A stretch of 63,561 nucleotides of DNA, filler included, from 6 parts of 6 records of this genome joined end to end with filler, not necessarily neighbours in it, one strand, 5' to 3'; positions 30,283-40,799 are shown, counted from the first letter of the whole stretch. A program made the numbers and translations. The notes: generated from the letters alone by a model not told the origin.

Positions 30283-30329
30283 TCACACGTCAGATCTCGC
30301 AACAACGGTACAACTCAGACGGGCCCGGA

Positions 30330-30385
30330 CTATAGTTAGGAACATAATTATAGGAGTGCTATGGTTAGGAACATAACTATAGGAG
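30330..30385. repeat. Tandem repeat, 29-nt period x2 (probably intronic)
   Basis: ctatagttaggaacataattataggag / ctatggttaggaacataactataggag. Confidence 0.85.
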
Positions 30386-30437
30386 ACAAAGGTGTGTGTT
30401 CCTTCAAGCATGAGCGCACAGAGAGGAGGGGGGGGGG

Positions 30438-30537
30438 NNNNNNNNNNNNNNNNNNNNNNNNNNNNNNNNNNNNNNNNNNNNTTAATTAATTAANNNNNNN
30501 NNNNNNNNNNNNNNNNNNNNNNNNNNNNNNNNNNNNN
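30438..30537. other. Artificial contig linker
   Basis: N44-TTAATTAATTAA-N44. Confidence 0.99.
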
Positions 30538-30538
30538 C

Positions 30539-30571
30539 CAGCTTCTCGTTTCCTCCATTTTGCAGGTGTGA
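30539..30571 (+). CDS. phnK: C-P lyase ABC subunit PhnK, last codons only
   Basis: QLLVSSILQV* is the typical PhnK C-terminus, immediately before phnL. Confidence 0.75.
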   Translation, partial: QLLVSSILQV

Positions 30572-30573
30572 TC

Positions 30574-31281
30574 ATGGCAACGCCCCTCGTCGTCTCCGAA
30601 GTCTGCAAGAGCTTCACCATGCATCTCCAGGGCGGCATTCGCCTCCCCGTGGTGACCGATGTCTCCTTCTCGCTCTCCGCCGGCGAATGCGCCGTGCTTG
30701 GCGGCCCCTCGGGCGCCGGCAAGAGCTCCATCCTCAAGATGATCTATGGCAGCTACGCCATCGACAGCGGCCAGGTGATCGTCACCCATGACGGCAATCT
30801 GGTGAACCTCGCCACCGCCGACCCACGCACCATCATCGCCATCCGTCGCGATACGATTGGCTATGTGAGCCAGTTCCTGCGCGCCGTGCCGCGTGTTTCC
30901 GCGCGCGATGTGGTGGCTGAGCCGCTGATTGCACGCGGCGAAGCTCTGGAAACCGCACGCGGCAGGTCGGAAATTCTGCTGGAACGCCTCAACCTGCCCG
31001 AACGCCTGTGGGACCTGCCGCCAGCCACCTTCTCCGGCGGCGAACAGCAGCGCGTGAACATCGCCCGCGGCTTCATCACCGATCATCCGGTGCTGCTTCT
31101 CGACGAGCCGACCGCCTCTCTCGACAAGGCCAACCGCGAAATCGTAATTGCCATGATCGGCGAGAAAAAGAAGGCGGGCGTGGCGCTGTTGGGCATTTTC
31201 CACGATCAGGATGTGCGCGATGTGGTTGCCGACCGGATCATCGACGTCACCGAATTTGCACCGAACAGGAAAGCGGCATGA
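30574..31281 (+). CDS. phnL: C-P lyase system protein PhnL
   Basis: [52 protein letters not shown]. Confidence 0.95.
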   Translation: MATPLVVSEVCKSFTMHLQGGIRLPVVTDVSFSLSAGECAVLGGPSGAGKSSILKMIYGSYAIDSGQVIVTHDGNLVNLATADPRTIIAIRRDTIGYVSQFLRAVPRVSARDVVAEPLIARGEALETARGRSEILLERLNLPERLWDLPPATFSGGEQQRVNIARGFITDHPVLLLDEPTASLDKANREIVIAMIGEKKKAGVALLGIFHDQDVRDVVADRIIDVTEFAPNRKAA

Positions 31282-31892
31282 GGAAGCTCTCCGTGGAGCC
31301 CTGTATTCATCCGACCGCAGAGGTGAATGGCACAACGCTTGGCCGCTACACCGAAGTGGCCGAGCGCACGCGCCTTCATGAAACGGCGCTCGGCGACTAT
31401 TCCTATGTGATGCAGGATTGCAGCGCCTGGTGCGCAGACATCGGCAAATTCTCCAATATCGCCGCCGCCGTGCGCATCAATGCCACGAACCACCCGACCT
31501 GGCGTCCCACCCTGCATCATTTCACCTATCGCTCCGCCGACTATTGGCCGGATGCTGAACATGACAGCGCGTTCTTCGACTGGCGGCGGGACAACATGGT
31601 CAGGATAGGACATGACACCTGGCTCGGTCATGGCTCCACGATCCTGCCCGGTGTCACCGTTGGTGATGGCGCCGTCGTCGGTGCAGGTGCCGTGGTCTCG
31701 AAGGACGTTGCGCCCTACACGATTGTCGTCGGGGTGCCCGCGCGTCCGATCCGGGAGCGCTTCGACCGAAAAACCGCCGAACGTTATCAGGCACTTGCCT
31801 GGTGGGACTGGAGCCATGACAGGCTGCGCGGCGCGCTGGAGGATTTCCGCTCACTCGATGCGGAAGCGTTTCTGGAGAAACACGAGATCTGA
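31278..31892 (+). CDS. Phosphonate-cluster hexapeptide-repeat acetyltransferase (CAT/DapH-like)
   Basis: ATGA overlap with phn[43 protein letters not shown]. Confidence 0.9.
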   Translation: MRKLSVEPCIHPTAEVNGTTLGRYTEVAERTRLHETALGDYSYVMQDCSAWCADIGKFSNIAAAVRINATNHPTWRPTLHHFTYRSADYWPDAEHDSAFFDWRRDNMVRIGHDTWLGHGSTILPGVTVGDGAVVGAGAVVSKDVAPYTIVVGVPARPIRERFDRKTAERYQALAWWDWSHDRLRGALEDFRSLDAEAFLEKHEI

Positions 31893-32184
31893 ACCCGCGC
31901 CATCACGTCGCAACTTTCCCTGAATATGATCGTCAGGTTTTTATTGACAGGATCAAAGACCTGCGGTTTTTATGATCCTGCATCCGCGCGATGCGTCCAT
32001 GATGTCTGGGCCTTTAACCCTTTCGATCGCAGGACGTCTGTCGTTGCCCGCTGATTTGTGTGCTGTCTCATCCGACGTTATGGCATTGTGATTGCTGGGC
32101 GCTTCTTCCGACAAACTCCGGCAACAGGGATTTGGTTCTGCATCCGGGACCGACCTTGCAAAGCCACGGAGTTCCGACGTCGCC

Positions 32185-32499
32185 ATGCTCGTCTGTCAGT
32201 GCAATTTGATCACCCAGAAGGAGGTCGAGGATACGATCGTCTCCATGCTGGATGAGGACCCCTGGCAATTGATTGTTCCGGCAAAGGTCTATCACACCAT
32301 GTCCAAGCGCGGACGGTGTTGCGGCTGTTTTCCGAATGTCGTGGAAACAATCATCCGTGTCACCGAAGCCTATCATGCACGCCTTGATGCTGCCCAGAAT
32401 GCTGCTACCGTGACATATCTTGATCAGGTACGCGCGTTGCGCGAGCGTTTTGGAAGGAAGTTCAATGAAAGGCGACAAAAAGGTCATCGAGCGGCTTAA
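32185..32499 (+). CDS. bfd: Bacterioferritin-associated (2Fe-2S) ferredoxin
   Basis: MLVCQCN...CCGC; directly upstream of bfr. Confidence 0.85.
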   Translation: MLVCQCNLITQKEVEDTIVSMLDEDPWQLIVPAKVYHTMSKRGRCCGCFPNVVETIIRVTEAYHARLDAAQNAATVTYLDQVRALRERFGRKFNERRQKGHRAA

Positions 32500-32950
32500 C
32501 GAGGCGCTCACCCACGAGCTCGGCGCGGTCAATCAGTACTGGCTGCATTATCGCCTTCTTGAGGACTGGGGTTTCACCAAGCTCGCCAAGAAGGAGCGCG
32601 AAGAATCCATCGAGGAGATGCACCACGCCGACAAGCTCGTCGAGCGCATCATTTTCCTCGAAGGTCATCCCAACCTTCAGGTTGTTGGCCCGCTGCGCAT
32701 CGGCCAGAACATCAAGGAAGTGCTTGAGGCCGATCTTGCTGGCGAACATGACGCCCGCAAGCTTTACAAGGAAGCGCGCGACGACTGCCACGATGCGGGC
32801 GACTATGTTTCCATGAAACTCTTCGAAGAGCTGCTGGCCGACGAGGAAGGTCATATCGACTACCTCGAAACGCAGCTTGAACTCCTTGAGACAATCGGCG
32901 TGGAAAAATACGGCCAGCTCAATGCCGGCCCGGCCGACGAAGCCGATTGA
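32465..32950 (+). CDS. bfr: Bacterioferritin
   Basis: [37 protein letters not shown] ferroxidase motifs. Confidence 0.97.
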   Translation: MKGDKKVIERLNEALTHELGAVNQYWLHYRLLEDWGFTKLAKKEREESIEEMHHADKLVERIIFLEGHPNLQVVGPLRIGQNIKEVLEADLAGEHDARKLYKEARDDCHDAGDYVSMKLFEELLADEEGHIDYLETQLELLETIGVEKYGQLNAGPADEAD

Positions 32951-32964
32951 TCAAGCCTCTGGGA

Positions 32965-32991
32965 TGGCCGGTTGAAATGTTGATCCGGCCA
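32965..32991. terminator. Hairpin after bfr between convergent genes
   Basis: TGGCCGG...CCGGCCA 7-bp stem. Confidence 0.35.
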
Positions 32992-33035
32992 CCTCTCGTC
33001 GCGATCTGGCACAAATCCAGGACACGCGGGATTGC

Positions 33036-34010
33036 CTAATGGGCCTCGGGCCGCTCTTTGCGGTGGGGCGTGATCGCAACTTTGGCGGTTGCAGCCCCGG
33101 TCCCGGCCCGTTCAGCAACGACCACCAATCCTTCAATAGGTTCGCCACGATCCCGGCGGATCACTGCCTTTTCAAGCAGTACAGGTTCAAATCCAGCATC
33201 CCCCATGACTGCCCGCAAATGCGCCTCGGAATGAGCGTAGCGCCGCGAGGGACGCAGCACCATTGCCTCCGGTCCCGCATGATGTTCGACTGAAAAAACG
33301 AAAAGTGCCCCCGGCGCAAGCGCAGCTCCGGCCACTGCAAAAAGCCGGTCGAGCGAACCCAGATACATGAAAACGTCTGCCGCGGTCACCAGATCGGCCT
33401 CGCGGGGCAGCGTGGTGAGTGCGGAGAGATCGGCCCGTTCCAGCCGGTCGTAGATCTGTTTGTCATCTGCACGCTTCAGCATTTCTGCCGAGATATCGAT
33501 CCCTTCAAGAAAGCTGACATGGGCTCTCAGACGCTCGCCCATCAAGCCAGTGCCGCATCCAAGGTCGACGGCATGAGCGAAAGCATGTTTTCCGATCCGC
33601 AGAAGCGCTTCCTCCAGCAATTCGGGTACGCGATAACCGAGCTTGTCCACCAACGCCGTGTCGAAAGTTTCGGCATACTGATCGAACAGGGTTTCGACGA
33701 AAGCCGATGGAACGGCGCCAAGACCATCGAGCGCACCGAAAAGCTCCAGCTTCAACGCCGCACCCAGCCGATCCATTTCATCGAGCCTGAGCACATTTCG
33801 CCAGGCGTCCAGCGCGGCTGCGACCTCGCCTGCCTCTGCCAGCATCTCACCGTGGCGAAAATGTCCTGCCGCCCAATCCGGCGCACGCGCCAGCGCCTCA
33901 CCCATCAGGTCTGCCGCGGCTTTGAACTCCCCACTGTCGAACAGCATCTCGGCATAGTCAGCGCGGCGATCGGCGAGCAGATCACCCGAAGTGAAGAAGA
34001 TCGGCTTCAT
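33036..34010 (-). CDS. TPR-containing class I SAM-dependent methyltransferase
   Basis: SGDLLADRR N-terminus, TPR-like helices, LFDQYA..FD, DLGCGTG, AADVFMYLG, RYAHS. Confidence 0.88.
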   Translation of the reverse strand: MKPIFFTSGDLLADRRADYAEMLFDSGEFKAAADLMGEALARAPDWAAGHFRHGEMLAEAGEVAAALDAWRNVLRLDEMDRLGAALKLELFGALDGLGAVPSAFVETLFDQYAETFDTALVDKLGYRVPELLEEALLRIGKHAFAHAVDLGCGTGLMGERLRAHVSFLEGIDISAEMLKRADDKQIYDRLERADLSALTTLPREADLVTAADVFMYLGSLDRLFAVAGAALAPGALFVFSVEHHAGPEAMVLRPSRRYAHSEAHLRAVMGDAGFEPVLLEKAVIRRDRGEPIEGLVVVAERAGTGAATAKVAITPHRKERPEAH

Positions 34011-34122
34011 GCAGTGTTTTTCCAGGAAGCCCGCATGCGGGCGGTGAGCGCTTATGCTCCCGGAAATCTCTCCTGACAAGTCGGACTTTCGTTGCCTGAA
34101 AAATGACCTATCTTCTTACCTC

Positions 34123-35133
34123 ATGAAGCCGCAGAACCTGCTCCAGCCGCGCCCGGCGGGACTTTATTGCCCGCCCGGTGATTTCTACATCGATCCTGTG
34201 CGCCCGGTGGAGCGGGCCCTGATCACGCACGGGCATGCCGATCACGCACGTGCCGGGCATGGGCAAGTTCTGGCGACCAAACAAACGCTCGACATCATGG
34301 CGCTGCGTTATGGGACAAATTTCGCCCGAAGCCGGCAGGCCATCAGTTACGGCGAAACGCTAACGCTTGATGGTGTGGGCGTCTCTTTTCATCCGGCTGG
34401 CCACGTGCTGGGTTCGGCACAGATCGCCGTTGAGAAAAGCGGCCTGCGCATCGTCGCCTCGGGCGATTACAAGCGCCATCCCGATCAGACCTGCGCGGCC
34501 TTCGAGCCCGTGCGCTGTGATGTCTTCATTACCGAGGCGACCTTCGGACTGCCTGTTTTCGTTCATCCAGACCCCTCGCAGGAGATCCGGCGTCTGACCG
34601 CGTCATTGATGCAGTTTCCTGAGCGTGCGCACATTCTGGGGGCTTACTCGCTCGGCAAGGCGCAGCGCGTTATCAAACTCCTTCGTATAGCGGGATACAA
34701 TACGCCGATCCTCATTCACGGCGCCTTGGAAAAACTCTGTCGCTATTATGAGGGGCAGGGCATCGACCTTGGCGAACTCGAACCCGCAACTGTTGAGAAA
34801 GACCTTGCCGATCGCGCTGCGGGTCGCGTTATTGTCGCACCTCCATCCGTGTTCGGCGAACGCTGGACGCGGCGCTTCGCCGATCCGCTCAACGTCTTTG
34901 CCTCCGGCTGGATGCGCATCCGCCAGAGGGCGAAGCAGCGCGGTGTCGAACTCCCCCTGATCCTTTCTGACCATGCAGACTGGAATGAGCTGATCGCCAC
35001 TATCCGAGAAACGGAGGCAGGCGAAGTGTGGGTAACACACGGTCGCGAGGAAGCCATCGTGCGCTGGTGTGAACTGAACGGCATCAAGGCCCGCCCGCTC
35101 AACCTTGTCGGTTATGAAGACGAGGCCGAGTGA
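34123..35133 (+). CDS. Ligase-associated DNA damage response exonuclease (MBL/beta-CASP-like)
   Basis: ITHGHADH, AGHVLGS, SGDYK, EATFGLP, YSLGKAQR, SDHADW, VTHG. Confidence 0.93.
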   Translation: MKPQNLLQPRPAGLYCPPGDFYIDPVRPVERALITHGHADHARAGHGQVLATKQTLDIMALRYGTNFARSRQAISYGETLTLDGVGVSFHPAGHVLGSAQIAVEKSGLRIVASGDYKRHPDQTCAAFEPVRCDVFITEATFGLPVFVHPDPSQEIRRLTASLMQFPERAHILGAYSLGKAQRVIKLLRIAGYNTPILIHGALEKLCRYYEGQGIDLGELEPATVEKDLADRAAGRVIVAPPSVFGERWTRRFADPLNVFASGWMRIRQRAKQRGVELPLILSDHADWNELIATIRETEAGEVWVTHGREEAIVRWCELNGIKARPLNLVGYEDEAE

Positions 35134-36728
35134 TGCGAAACTTTGCCGATCTGCTCGACCGTCTCGTCCTGACCCCGTCCCGGAATGGAAAAATCCGCCT
35201 GCTCACAGATCATTTCAAAGCCGTTCCCGACCCTGATCGCGGCTACGCGCTAGCTGCGTTGACTGGAGGACTCGACTTTCCCGCCGTTAAACCCGCCATG
35301 CTGCGGACGCTGATCGGCGAACGCATGGACGAGGTACTTTTTGCCTATTCCTACGATTATGTCGGAGATCTCGCCGAGACCATATCGCTCGTTTGGCCGA
35401 CCACCCTGGAAGAGGAAACCCCGCCGCCGCTTTCCGAAATCGTTCAAACGCTCTCAAGGCTCGGTCGAGCCGAGGCCCCTTCCGTCATGGCGGGCCTCCT
35501 TGACCGGCTCGATCCCGCAGCCCGTTTCGCACTTATCAAACTGGCCACCGGCGGCTTGAGGATCGGCGTCTCGGCACGACTTGCGAAGCAGGCCCTGGCA
35601 AGGTTCGGCGACAGGGACATCAGCGAGATAGAAGAACTCTGGCACGGGCTCGAACCGCCCTATGAAACGCTCTTCGCGTGGCTGGAAGGCAAAACTCAAA
35701 AGCCTGTCAGTACAGCAAAAGCGCTGTTCCGGCCGGTCATGCTTGCCCATCCCGTCGGCGACGGGGAGCTTTCAAAGCTGGACCCTACCGACTACGTGGC
35801 CGAATGGAAATGGGACGGGATCCGCGTTCAGGCAGTGTGCGAAGACGGTGTCAAACGGCTCTATTCGCGCACAGGCGACGACATATCCGGTGCATTTCCG
35901 GACCTCCTGTCATCGTTCGAAGCCGAAATGACTTTGGATGGAGAGCTCTTGGTCGGAAAACCGGATTTACGAACCGGCACCTTCTCGGACCTGCAGCAGC
36001 GCCTCAACCGCAAGACGGTCTCGAAGAAGATGCTTGGCGAGTACCCGGTCTTCCTCCGCTGTTACGATCTGCTCCAGGCGGAAGGAGAAGATCTGCGCGC
36101 CCTCCCCTTCATCCAGCGCCGGGCGGCATTGCAGGAGCGGATATCGGGGCTGTCGCAGGATCGTTTCGATCTGTCCCCGCTCGTCGATTTCACAAGCTGG
36201 GAAGATCTGGACGCCAAACGCCGCGCGCCTCCGCATCCGGTGATTGAAGGGGTCATGCTGAAGCGGCGCGATTCCTCCTATGTTCCCGGCCGCCCCAAAG
36301 GCCCATGGTTCAAATGGAAGCGTGATCCGTTCATCATCGATGCAGTGCTGCTTTATGCGCAACGTGGTCACGGCAAGCGGTCGAGCTATTACTCCGATTA
36401 CACATTCGGTGTATGGACCGGGCCCGAAGACGCACCCGAGCTCGTCCCTGTCGGTAAGGCCTATTTCGGTTTTACCGATGAGGAACTGAAGCAGATCGAC
36501 AAATATGTGCGTGACAACACGATCGAGCGTTTCGGTCCGGTCCGATCAGTCCGCGCCGAGCGCGATCGCGGTCTTGTTCTCGAAATCGCATTTGAGGGGC
36601 TTAATCGCTCAACGCGACACAAGTCAGGCGTGGCGATGCGCTTTCCGCGGATTTCCCGTCTGCGCTGGGACAAGCCGGCAGCGGAAGCGGACCGGCTTGA
36701 AACCCTGACCTCAATGCTCGATAGCTAG
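35133..36728 (+). CDS. ATP-dependent DNA ligase (DNA-damage-response type)
   Basis: EWKWDGIRVQ motif I, LDGEL, EGVMLK, WFKWKRDP, RFPRI. Confidence 0.95.
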   Translation: MRNFADLLDRLVLTPSRNGKIRLLTDHFKAVPDPDRGYALAALTGGLDFPAVKPAMLRTLIGERMDEVLFAYSYDYVGDLAETISLVWPTTLEEETPPPLSEIVQTLSRLGRAEAPSVMAGLLDRLDPAARFALIKLATGGLRIGVSARLAKQALARFGDRDISEIEELWHGLEPPYETLFAWLEGKTQKPVSTAKALFRPVMLAHPVGDGELSKLDPTDYVAEWKWDGIRVQAVCEDGVKRLYSRTGDDISGAFPDLLSSFEAEMTLDGELLVGKPDLRTGTFSDLQQRLNRKTVSKKMLGEYPVFLRCYDLLQAEGEDLRALPFIQRRAALQERISGLSQDRFDLSPLVDFTSWEDLDAKRRAPPHPVIEGVMLKRRDSSYVPGRPKGPWFKWKRDPFIIDAVLLYAQRGHGKRSSYYSDYTFGVWTGPEDAPELVPVGKAYFGFTDEELKQIDKYVRDNTIERFGPVRSVRAERDRGLVLEIAFEGLNRSTRHKSGVAMRFPRISRLRWDKPAAEADRLETLTSMLDS

Positions 36729-36729
36729 G

Positions 36730-37803
36730 TCATTGCGTCGCAATGGCCGCGCGGATGGAGAAGACGTCAAGCGCATGCCCCTCGCCGGTGGCATCCGGAA
36801 TAATGGTGATCGTTCCACCGCTGCCCGGCGATTGATTGGGCAATTCGACCTCGAAGAGATAGTCTGAACGCGTGGGCCCGACCACGTAGCGGGTGCGGCC
36901 GCAACCGCCAAGGGCGCCAAAGTTGCAGGAGAGCGAAAGTTGCGTCTCCTCCCCGTCCTGCGCTCTCGCCTCGATGCTGAAAATGGCGTTGCGTCCGGCG
37001 AGCGTCTCCAGAACGCCGCGCCCGACATCAAAGGAAATCCCTGCCCCACCGGACGTGCTGACCTTGAGAAAAACCTGATCATCGTTGCGCATCACGTCAA
37101 TGTTGCCGCCATCCGGCGCCGAAACGGTGGTCGGGTCGCTCGGGTCAAAGATCGTGATCCATTCGCCTTCCGCGCGGCTCCCGCGGGGCCCGGAGGATGG
37201 CGTTTCGTCTTCAGCCGAAAAATTGTCCTCCTCCAGGGAAAGCGGCGGATTGCGCACGCTGGTGTCCCTTTCATCGCTGGACATCAGAATCCCACTGGAC
37301 ATGGTCCACCAGAGCCCCATGCCAAGAAATGCCACGACTGTCGCGACCAGAAAGAGCATGGCGTAAGAACGCCGTTGCCGTGGCAAGGCGGCTCGGATAC
37401 GGCGCTTTGCCTCTTCCGGTGAGTGCTCGTCCGACAAGCCGCCGCGGTCACGCGGGTCGATCTGTGGAGCGAATCCCTCGTTTTTCTGCTTGGGGCGTGG
37501 CACGCCGCGCGCCTCAGGTTCAACTTGTGGCGAGGGAGCCTGCCGCTCTCGCGGCGCAGGCTTTGAAACCGGAGGGACCCTGTCTTTAGGTGCGGCTGGA
37601 ACAAATTCGGTCTCGATCTCGGTGATCGTTGTCTTCAGGTTCTCGCGCCTGGCAAGTTTTGCTTCCTCGGAAAGATCGTCGCGCGCTTCGAGCGTGCGCT
37701 CAAGCGCAGCGAAGGCAGAACGATACACCTTTTCACGAAAGGGCCGTTTGCTAGCGTCGCCCTTTTCGAACGCCTTTCTTATCGCATTTTCTATCGCGTC
37801 CAA
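36730..37803 (-). CDS. Conserved Rhizobiales hypothetical single-pass membrane protein
   Basis: Long ORF; N-terminal AIRKAFEKGD...REKVYRSA domain, one TM helix, periplasmic domain with a Cys pair. Confidence 0.75.
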   Translation of the reverse strand: MDAIENAIRKAFEKGDASKRPFREKVYRSAFAALERTLEARDDLSEEAKLARRENLKTTITEIETEFVPAAPKDRVPPVSKPAPRERQAPSPQVEPEARGVPRPKQKNEGFAPQIDPRDRGGLSDEHSPEEAKRRIRAALPRQRRSYAMLFLVATVVAFLGMGLWWTMSSGILMSSDERDTSVRNPPLSLEEDNFSAEDETPSSGPRGSRAEGEWITIFDPSDPTTVSAPDGGNIDVMRNDDQVFLKVSTSGGAGISFDVGRGVLETLAGRNAIFSIEARAQDGEETQLSLSCNFGALGGCGRTRYVVGPTRSDYLFEVELPNQSPGSGGTITIIPDATGEGHALDVFSIRAAIATQ

Positions 37804-37958
37804 GGCTGGCTGCCCTCTTTGCCTGTCTTTGTCACATGGTTAACCGTTGGTGAGTATGCAATCAACGGTCATAACAAGGTGTGAACAATCGGCTATTCGC
37901 GCCCTGATGAGGGGTAGCCTGGTTTTTCTCCACCCTAACCACGCCCGAGGAGTTCAGA

Positions 37959-39101
37959 ATGCGGGATTTCGCCCTGGAGGTTCACTTTTCGCGCTGGGAG
38001 TTCAATGCCCGGCATCACATGACAGCTTCCGATATGGAGAGCATGACGCTGGGCGAACTGACGCAGATGGCCGGGCCTTCCGCGCGCGAAGAGCTCGACA
38101 GGCTGTGGCTCGGCTACACGGAAACCTGGGGTGCGCCGGACCTGCGCGAGGCCATTGCTGCCACCTATCACGGTCTTTCCGCGCGCGACGTCCTTTGCTT
38201 CGCCGGTGCCGAAGAAGGCATTTATGCGGCCATGCGGGTGATGCTCTCGCCCGATGATCACGCCATCGTTTCTGTTCCAAACTACCAGGCTGCAGAAACC
38301 GTGCCGCTCGGGCTGTGCGCTGTGACCGGCGTTCCGCTTCTGGAAAACGACAACTGGCGGCTCGATCTCGATGCGTTGCGTGCCGCAATCCGCCCCAACA
38401 CCAAACTCATCTCGGTCAACCTGCCCAACAATCCGACCGGCGCGCTGATGCCCCAGGATGATTTCGCCGCGCTCGTGGCGCTCTGCCGCGAACACGATCT
38501 CTACCTGTTCAGCGACGAGGTCTATCGGCTGCTCGAAAGCAATGAAAACAAGCGCCTGCCGCAGGCCGCCGAAGCCTATGAAAAGGGCATTTCCCTCAAT
38601 GTCATGTCCAAGGCCTATGGTCTGCCGGGCCTGCGGATCGGCTGGATCGCTTGCCGCGACACGGCGCTTTTGCAGAAGCTTGAGCGCTACAAGCATTACC
38701 TGTCCATCTGCAACTCTGCCCCGAGCGAGCGGCTGGCGGTGATGGCGCTTTCAGTGCGCGACCGCATTCTCACGCGGAACCGCTCGCTGATCGCGGAGAA
38801 CCTGGAGAAAATGGACTCATTCTTTGCCGAATACCCGCATCTCTTCGACTGGAAGCGCCCGGATGGCGGCTGTGTTGCCTATCCGCGCTATAACGGGCGG
38901 GATGGGGTCGAACGGTTCTGTCACGATCTCGTGGAACAAGCAGGTGTTCTTTTGTTGCCCGCCTCGGTCTATCGCTCGGAACTGATGGAGACCCCAGCAG
39001 GGCGCTTTCGCATCGGCTTTGGGCGCAAGGGGATTGATGCCGGGCTTGCCGCGATGCGAGACTTTCTCGGGCGGCGGCACAACGATATCGCCCCCGGCTG
39101 A
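37959..39101 (+). CDS. PLP-dependent aminotransferase class I/II
   Basis: NLPNNPTG, FSDEVYR, MSKAYGLPGLRIGW, FRIGFG. Confidence 0.93.
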   Translation: MRDFALEVHFSRWEFNARHHMTASDMESMTLGELTQMAGPSAREELDRLWLGYTETWGAPDLREAIAATYHGLSARDVLCFAGAEEGIYAAMRVMLSPDDHAIVSVPNYQAAETVPLGLCAVTGVPLLENDNWRLDLDALRAAIRPNTKLISVNLPNNPTGALMPQDDFAALVALCREHDLYLFSDEVYRLLESNENKRLPQAAEAYEKGISLNVMSKAYGLPGLRIGWIACRDTALLQKLERYKHYLSICNSAPSERLAVMALSVRDRILTRNRSLIAENLEKMDSFFAEYPHLFDWKRPDGGCVAYPRYNGRDGVERFCHDLVEQAGVLLLPASVYRSELMETPAGRFRIGFGRKGIDAGLAAMRDFLGRRHNDIAPG

Positions 39102-39165
39102 GACAAGAAGCGCGCAAAATGTGGCGATGGAGGTTTTCAACCGGGACCAAGATGCTGTAAAAGTT

Positions 39166-39187
39166 TTGACGTTTACGAATACGTCAA
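39166..39187. promoter_or_regulatory. Palindromic operator resembling a LiuR site
   Basis: TTGACGT-TTACGAAT-ACGTCAA, 15 nt upstream of ATG 39203. Confidence 0.6.
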
Positions 39188-39202
39188 TTTAGGGGAAATC
39201 AC

Positions 39203-40159
39203 ATGGCGCTTCCGGCCGTTTTCGACACCTTGCGTTTGCCCGTCGTCGGCGCGCCTTTGTTCATCATCTCGCATCCGCCTCTGGTGACCGCACAATGCAA
39301 AGCCGGGATTGTGGGCTCCTTTCCAGCACTCAATGCGCGCCCCAAGGAGCAGCTTGACGAATGGATATCGCAGATCAAGGAGGAACTGGCCGCGCATGAT
39401 GCGAAAAACCCGGACCGCCCCGCTGCACCTTTTGCCGTCAACCAGATCGTCCATCGTTCCAATGATCGGCTGGAGCATGACCTGAGGGTCTGCGTGGACC
39501 ACAAGGTGCCGATCGTCATCACCTCGCTCGGGGCTGTAGAGGAGGTGAACCAGGCCGTCCATTCCTATGGTGGCATCGTGCTGCACGACATCATTCACGA
39601 TCGCCATGCGCGAAAGGCTGTCGAGAAGGGCGCGGACGGGCTCATCGCCGTGGCCACGGGGGCCGGCGGACATGCCGGTACGCTTTCCCCGTTTGCTCTC
39701 GTTCAGGAAATCCGGCAATGGTTCGAGGGGCCGCTGCTTCTGTCAGGGGCCATCGCCAATGGCGGCGCGGTGCTGGCGGCCGAGGCAATGGGAGCGGATC
39801 TTGCCTATATCGGTTCACCCTTCATCGCCACTCAGGAGGCGCGCGCCACCGACGATTACAAGGAAATGATCGTTTCCTCGCGTGCTGCCGACATCGTCTA
39901 TTCAAACCTCTTCACGGGCGTGCACGGCAACTATCTGAAGGGCTCCATCGTCAAGGCCGGCATGGACCCCAACAATCTGCCGGAAGCCGACCCCTCCAAG
40001 ATGAATTTCGCCAGCGCCGATGCAAAGGCCTGGCGGGATATCTGGGGGAGCGGTCAGGGCATTGGCGCAGTGAACGAGATTGCGAGCACGGGCGCTCTGG
40101 TGGATCGTCTTGCGACCGAATATGCCAGAGCGAAGGATCGGGTCTGCGCGCCGCGCTGA
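39203..40159 (+). CDS. Nitronate monooxygenase/FabK-like flavoprotein
   Basis: PVVGAPLFIIS, GSFPALNAR, GAGGHAG, LSGAIANG, AYIGSPFIAT, WGSGQG. Confidence 0.92.
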   Translation: MALPAVFDTLRLPVVGAPLFIISHPPLVTAQCKAGIVGSFPALNARPKEQLDEWISQIKEELAAHDAKNPDRPAAPFAVNQIVHRSNDRLEHDLRVCVDHKVPIVITSLGAVEEVNQAVHSYGGIVLHDIIHDRHARKAVEKGADGLIAVATGAGGHAGTLSPFALVQEIRQWFEGPLLLSGAIANGGAVLAAEAMGADLAYIGSPFIATQEARATDDYKEMIVSSRAADIVYSNLFTGVHGNYLKGSIVKAGMDPNNLPEADPSKMNFASADAKAWRDIWGSGQGIGAVNEIASTGALVDRLATEYARAKDRVCAPR

Positions 40160-40181
40160 CCCTTCCGCACTTCACCGCACT

Positions 40182-40589
40182 TCACCCCGGCAGGCCCTCC
40201 AGCCGGGGAATTTCGCTCAATCCTTCGTCCCAGTCGGCACGACTGGACATGCAGATATGTGCGGTCGGAGGTGTTGAAACCGGTGTATCAAGACACCCTG
40301 CGGGAACGATAACCATCGCCCCGCCTGCTTCCGATCTCGGTAAAGCCGAGCCACAGGTCTGACAAAAGCTCCTCCGGTGCCGCGCCCCCGGCACACGGTA
40401 GCTTGCTATACTCTCTTCCCCCGAAAGCCAGGTAATCTCTGCCTCGCTCGAAAACAGATTGGCCGCATGGGCCGAGCCAGACCCCTTGCGGCAGCGCGAA
40501 CAGTGGCAGAGATAAAACCGCTCGAACGCACCTGAGATTTCATATCTTACCGTCCCGCACAGACAAGCGCCGGAATGCTTCGTACCCAT
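40182..40589 (-). CDS. GFA/CENP-V family protein
   Basis: GACLCG, CHCSRCRK, FCQTCGS zinc motifs. Confidence 0.92.
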   Translation of the reverse strand: MGTKHSGACLCGTVRYEISGAFERFYLCHCSRCRKGSGSAHAANLFSSEAEITWLSGEESIASYRVPGARHRRSFCQTCGSALPRSEAGGAMVIVPAGCLDTPVSTPPTAHICMSSRADWDEGLSEIPRLEGLPG

Positions 40590-40679
40590 TGATCATCTCC
40601 TCAAAGATGACGCCTCTTAGCACATCCCGGGAGAAGACACATCGCCACGACGCAACCCTGCGCGCGGCAGCAATGTGGA

Positions 40680-40719
40680 CTGTCAAGAAACCGTCATCCA
40701 GTCGACATGCAGGTTTCAT
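40680..40719 (+). promoter_or_regulatory. Pho box array (PhoB)
   Basis: Four heptamers at 11-nt period, CTGTCAA/CCGTCAT/TCGACAT/GTTTCAT (consensus CTGTCAT), upstream of phnC. Confidence 0.8.
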
Positions 40720-40799
40720 CCACACCCATTAGGCGAATGAGCAACAAGGGCGAAAAGCCTGCGGGAGAGCCGCAACAAGGCGCTTAACGGGATAAGCAA

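Noticed and set aside
31944-31980. FNR/FixK-like TTGACAGGATCAA upstream of bfd
   Set aside because: The spacer is 3 nt rather than 4; the CAGGATCA...TGATCCTG inverted repeat is as easily a terminator-like hairpin.
32465-32499. 35-nt overlap of bfd and bfr
   Set aside because: A short overlap from an extended Bfd tail; both genes are intact, with no sign of frameshift or recoding.
34123-36728. Nuclease plus ligase pair as a novel defence system
   Set aside because: Matches the known ligase-associated DNA-damage-response exonuclease/ligase module of Proteobacteria.
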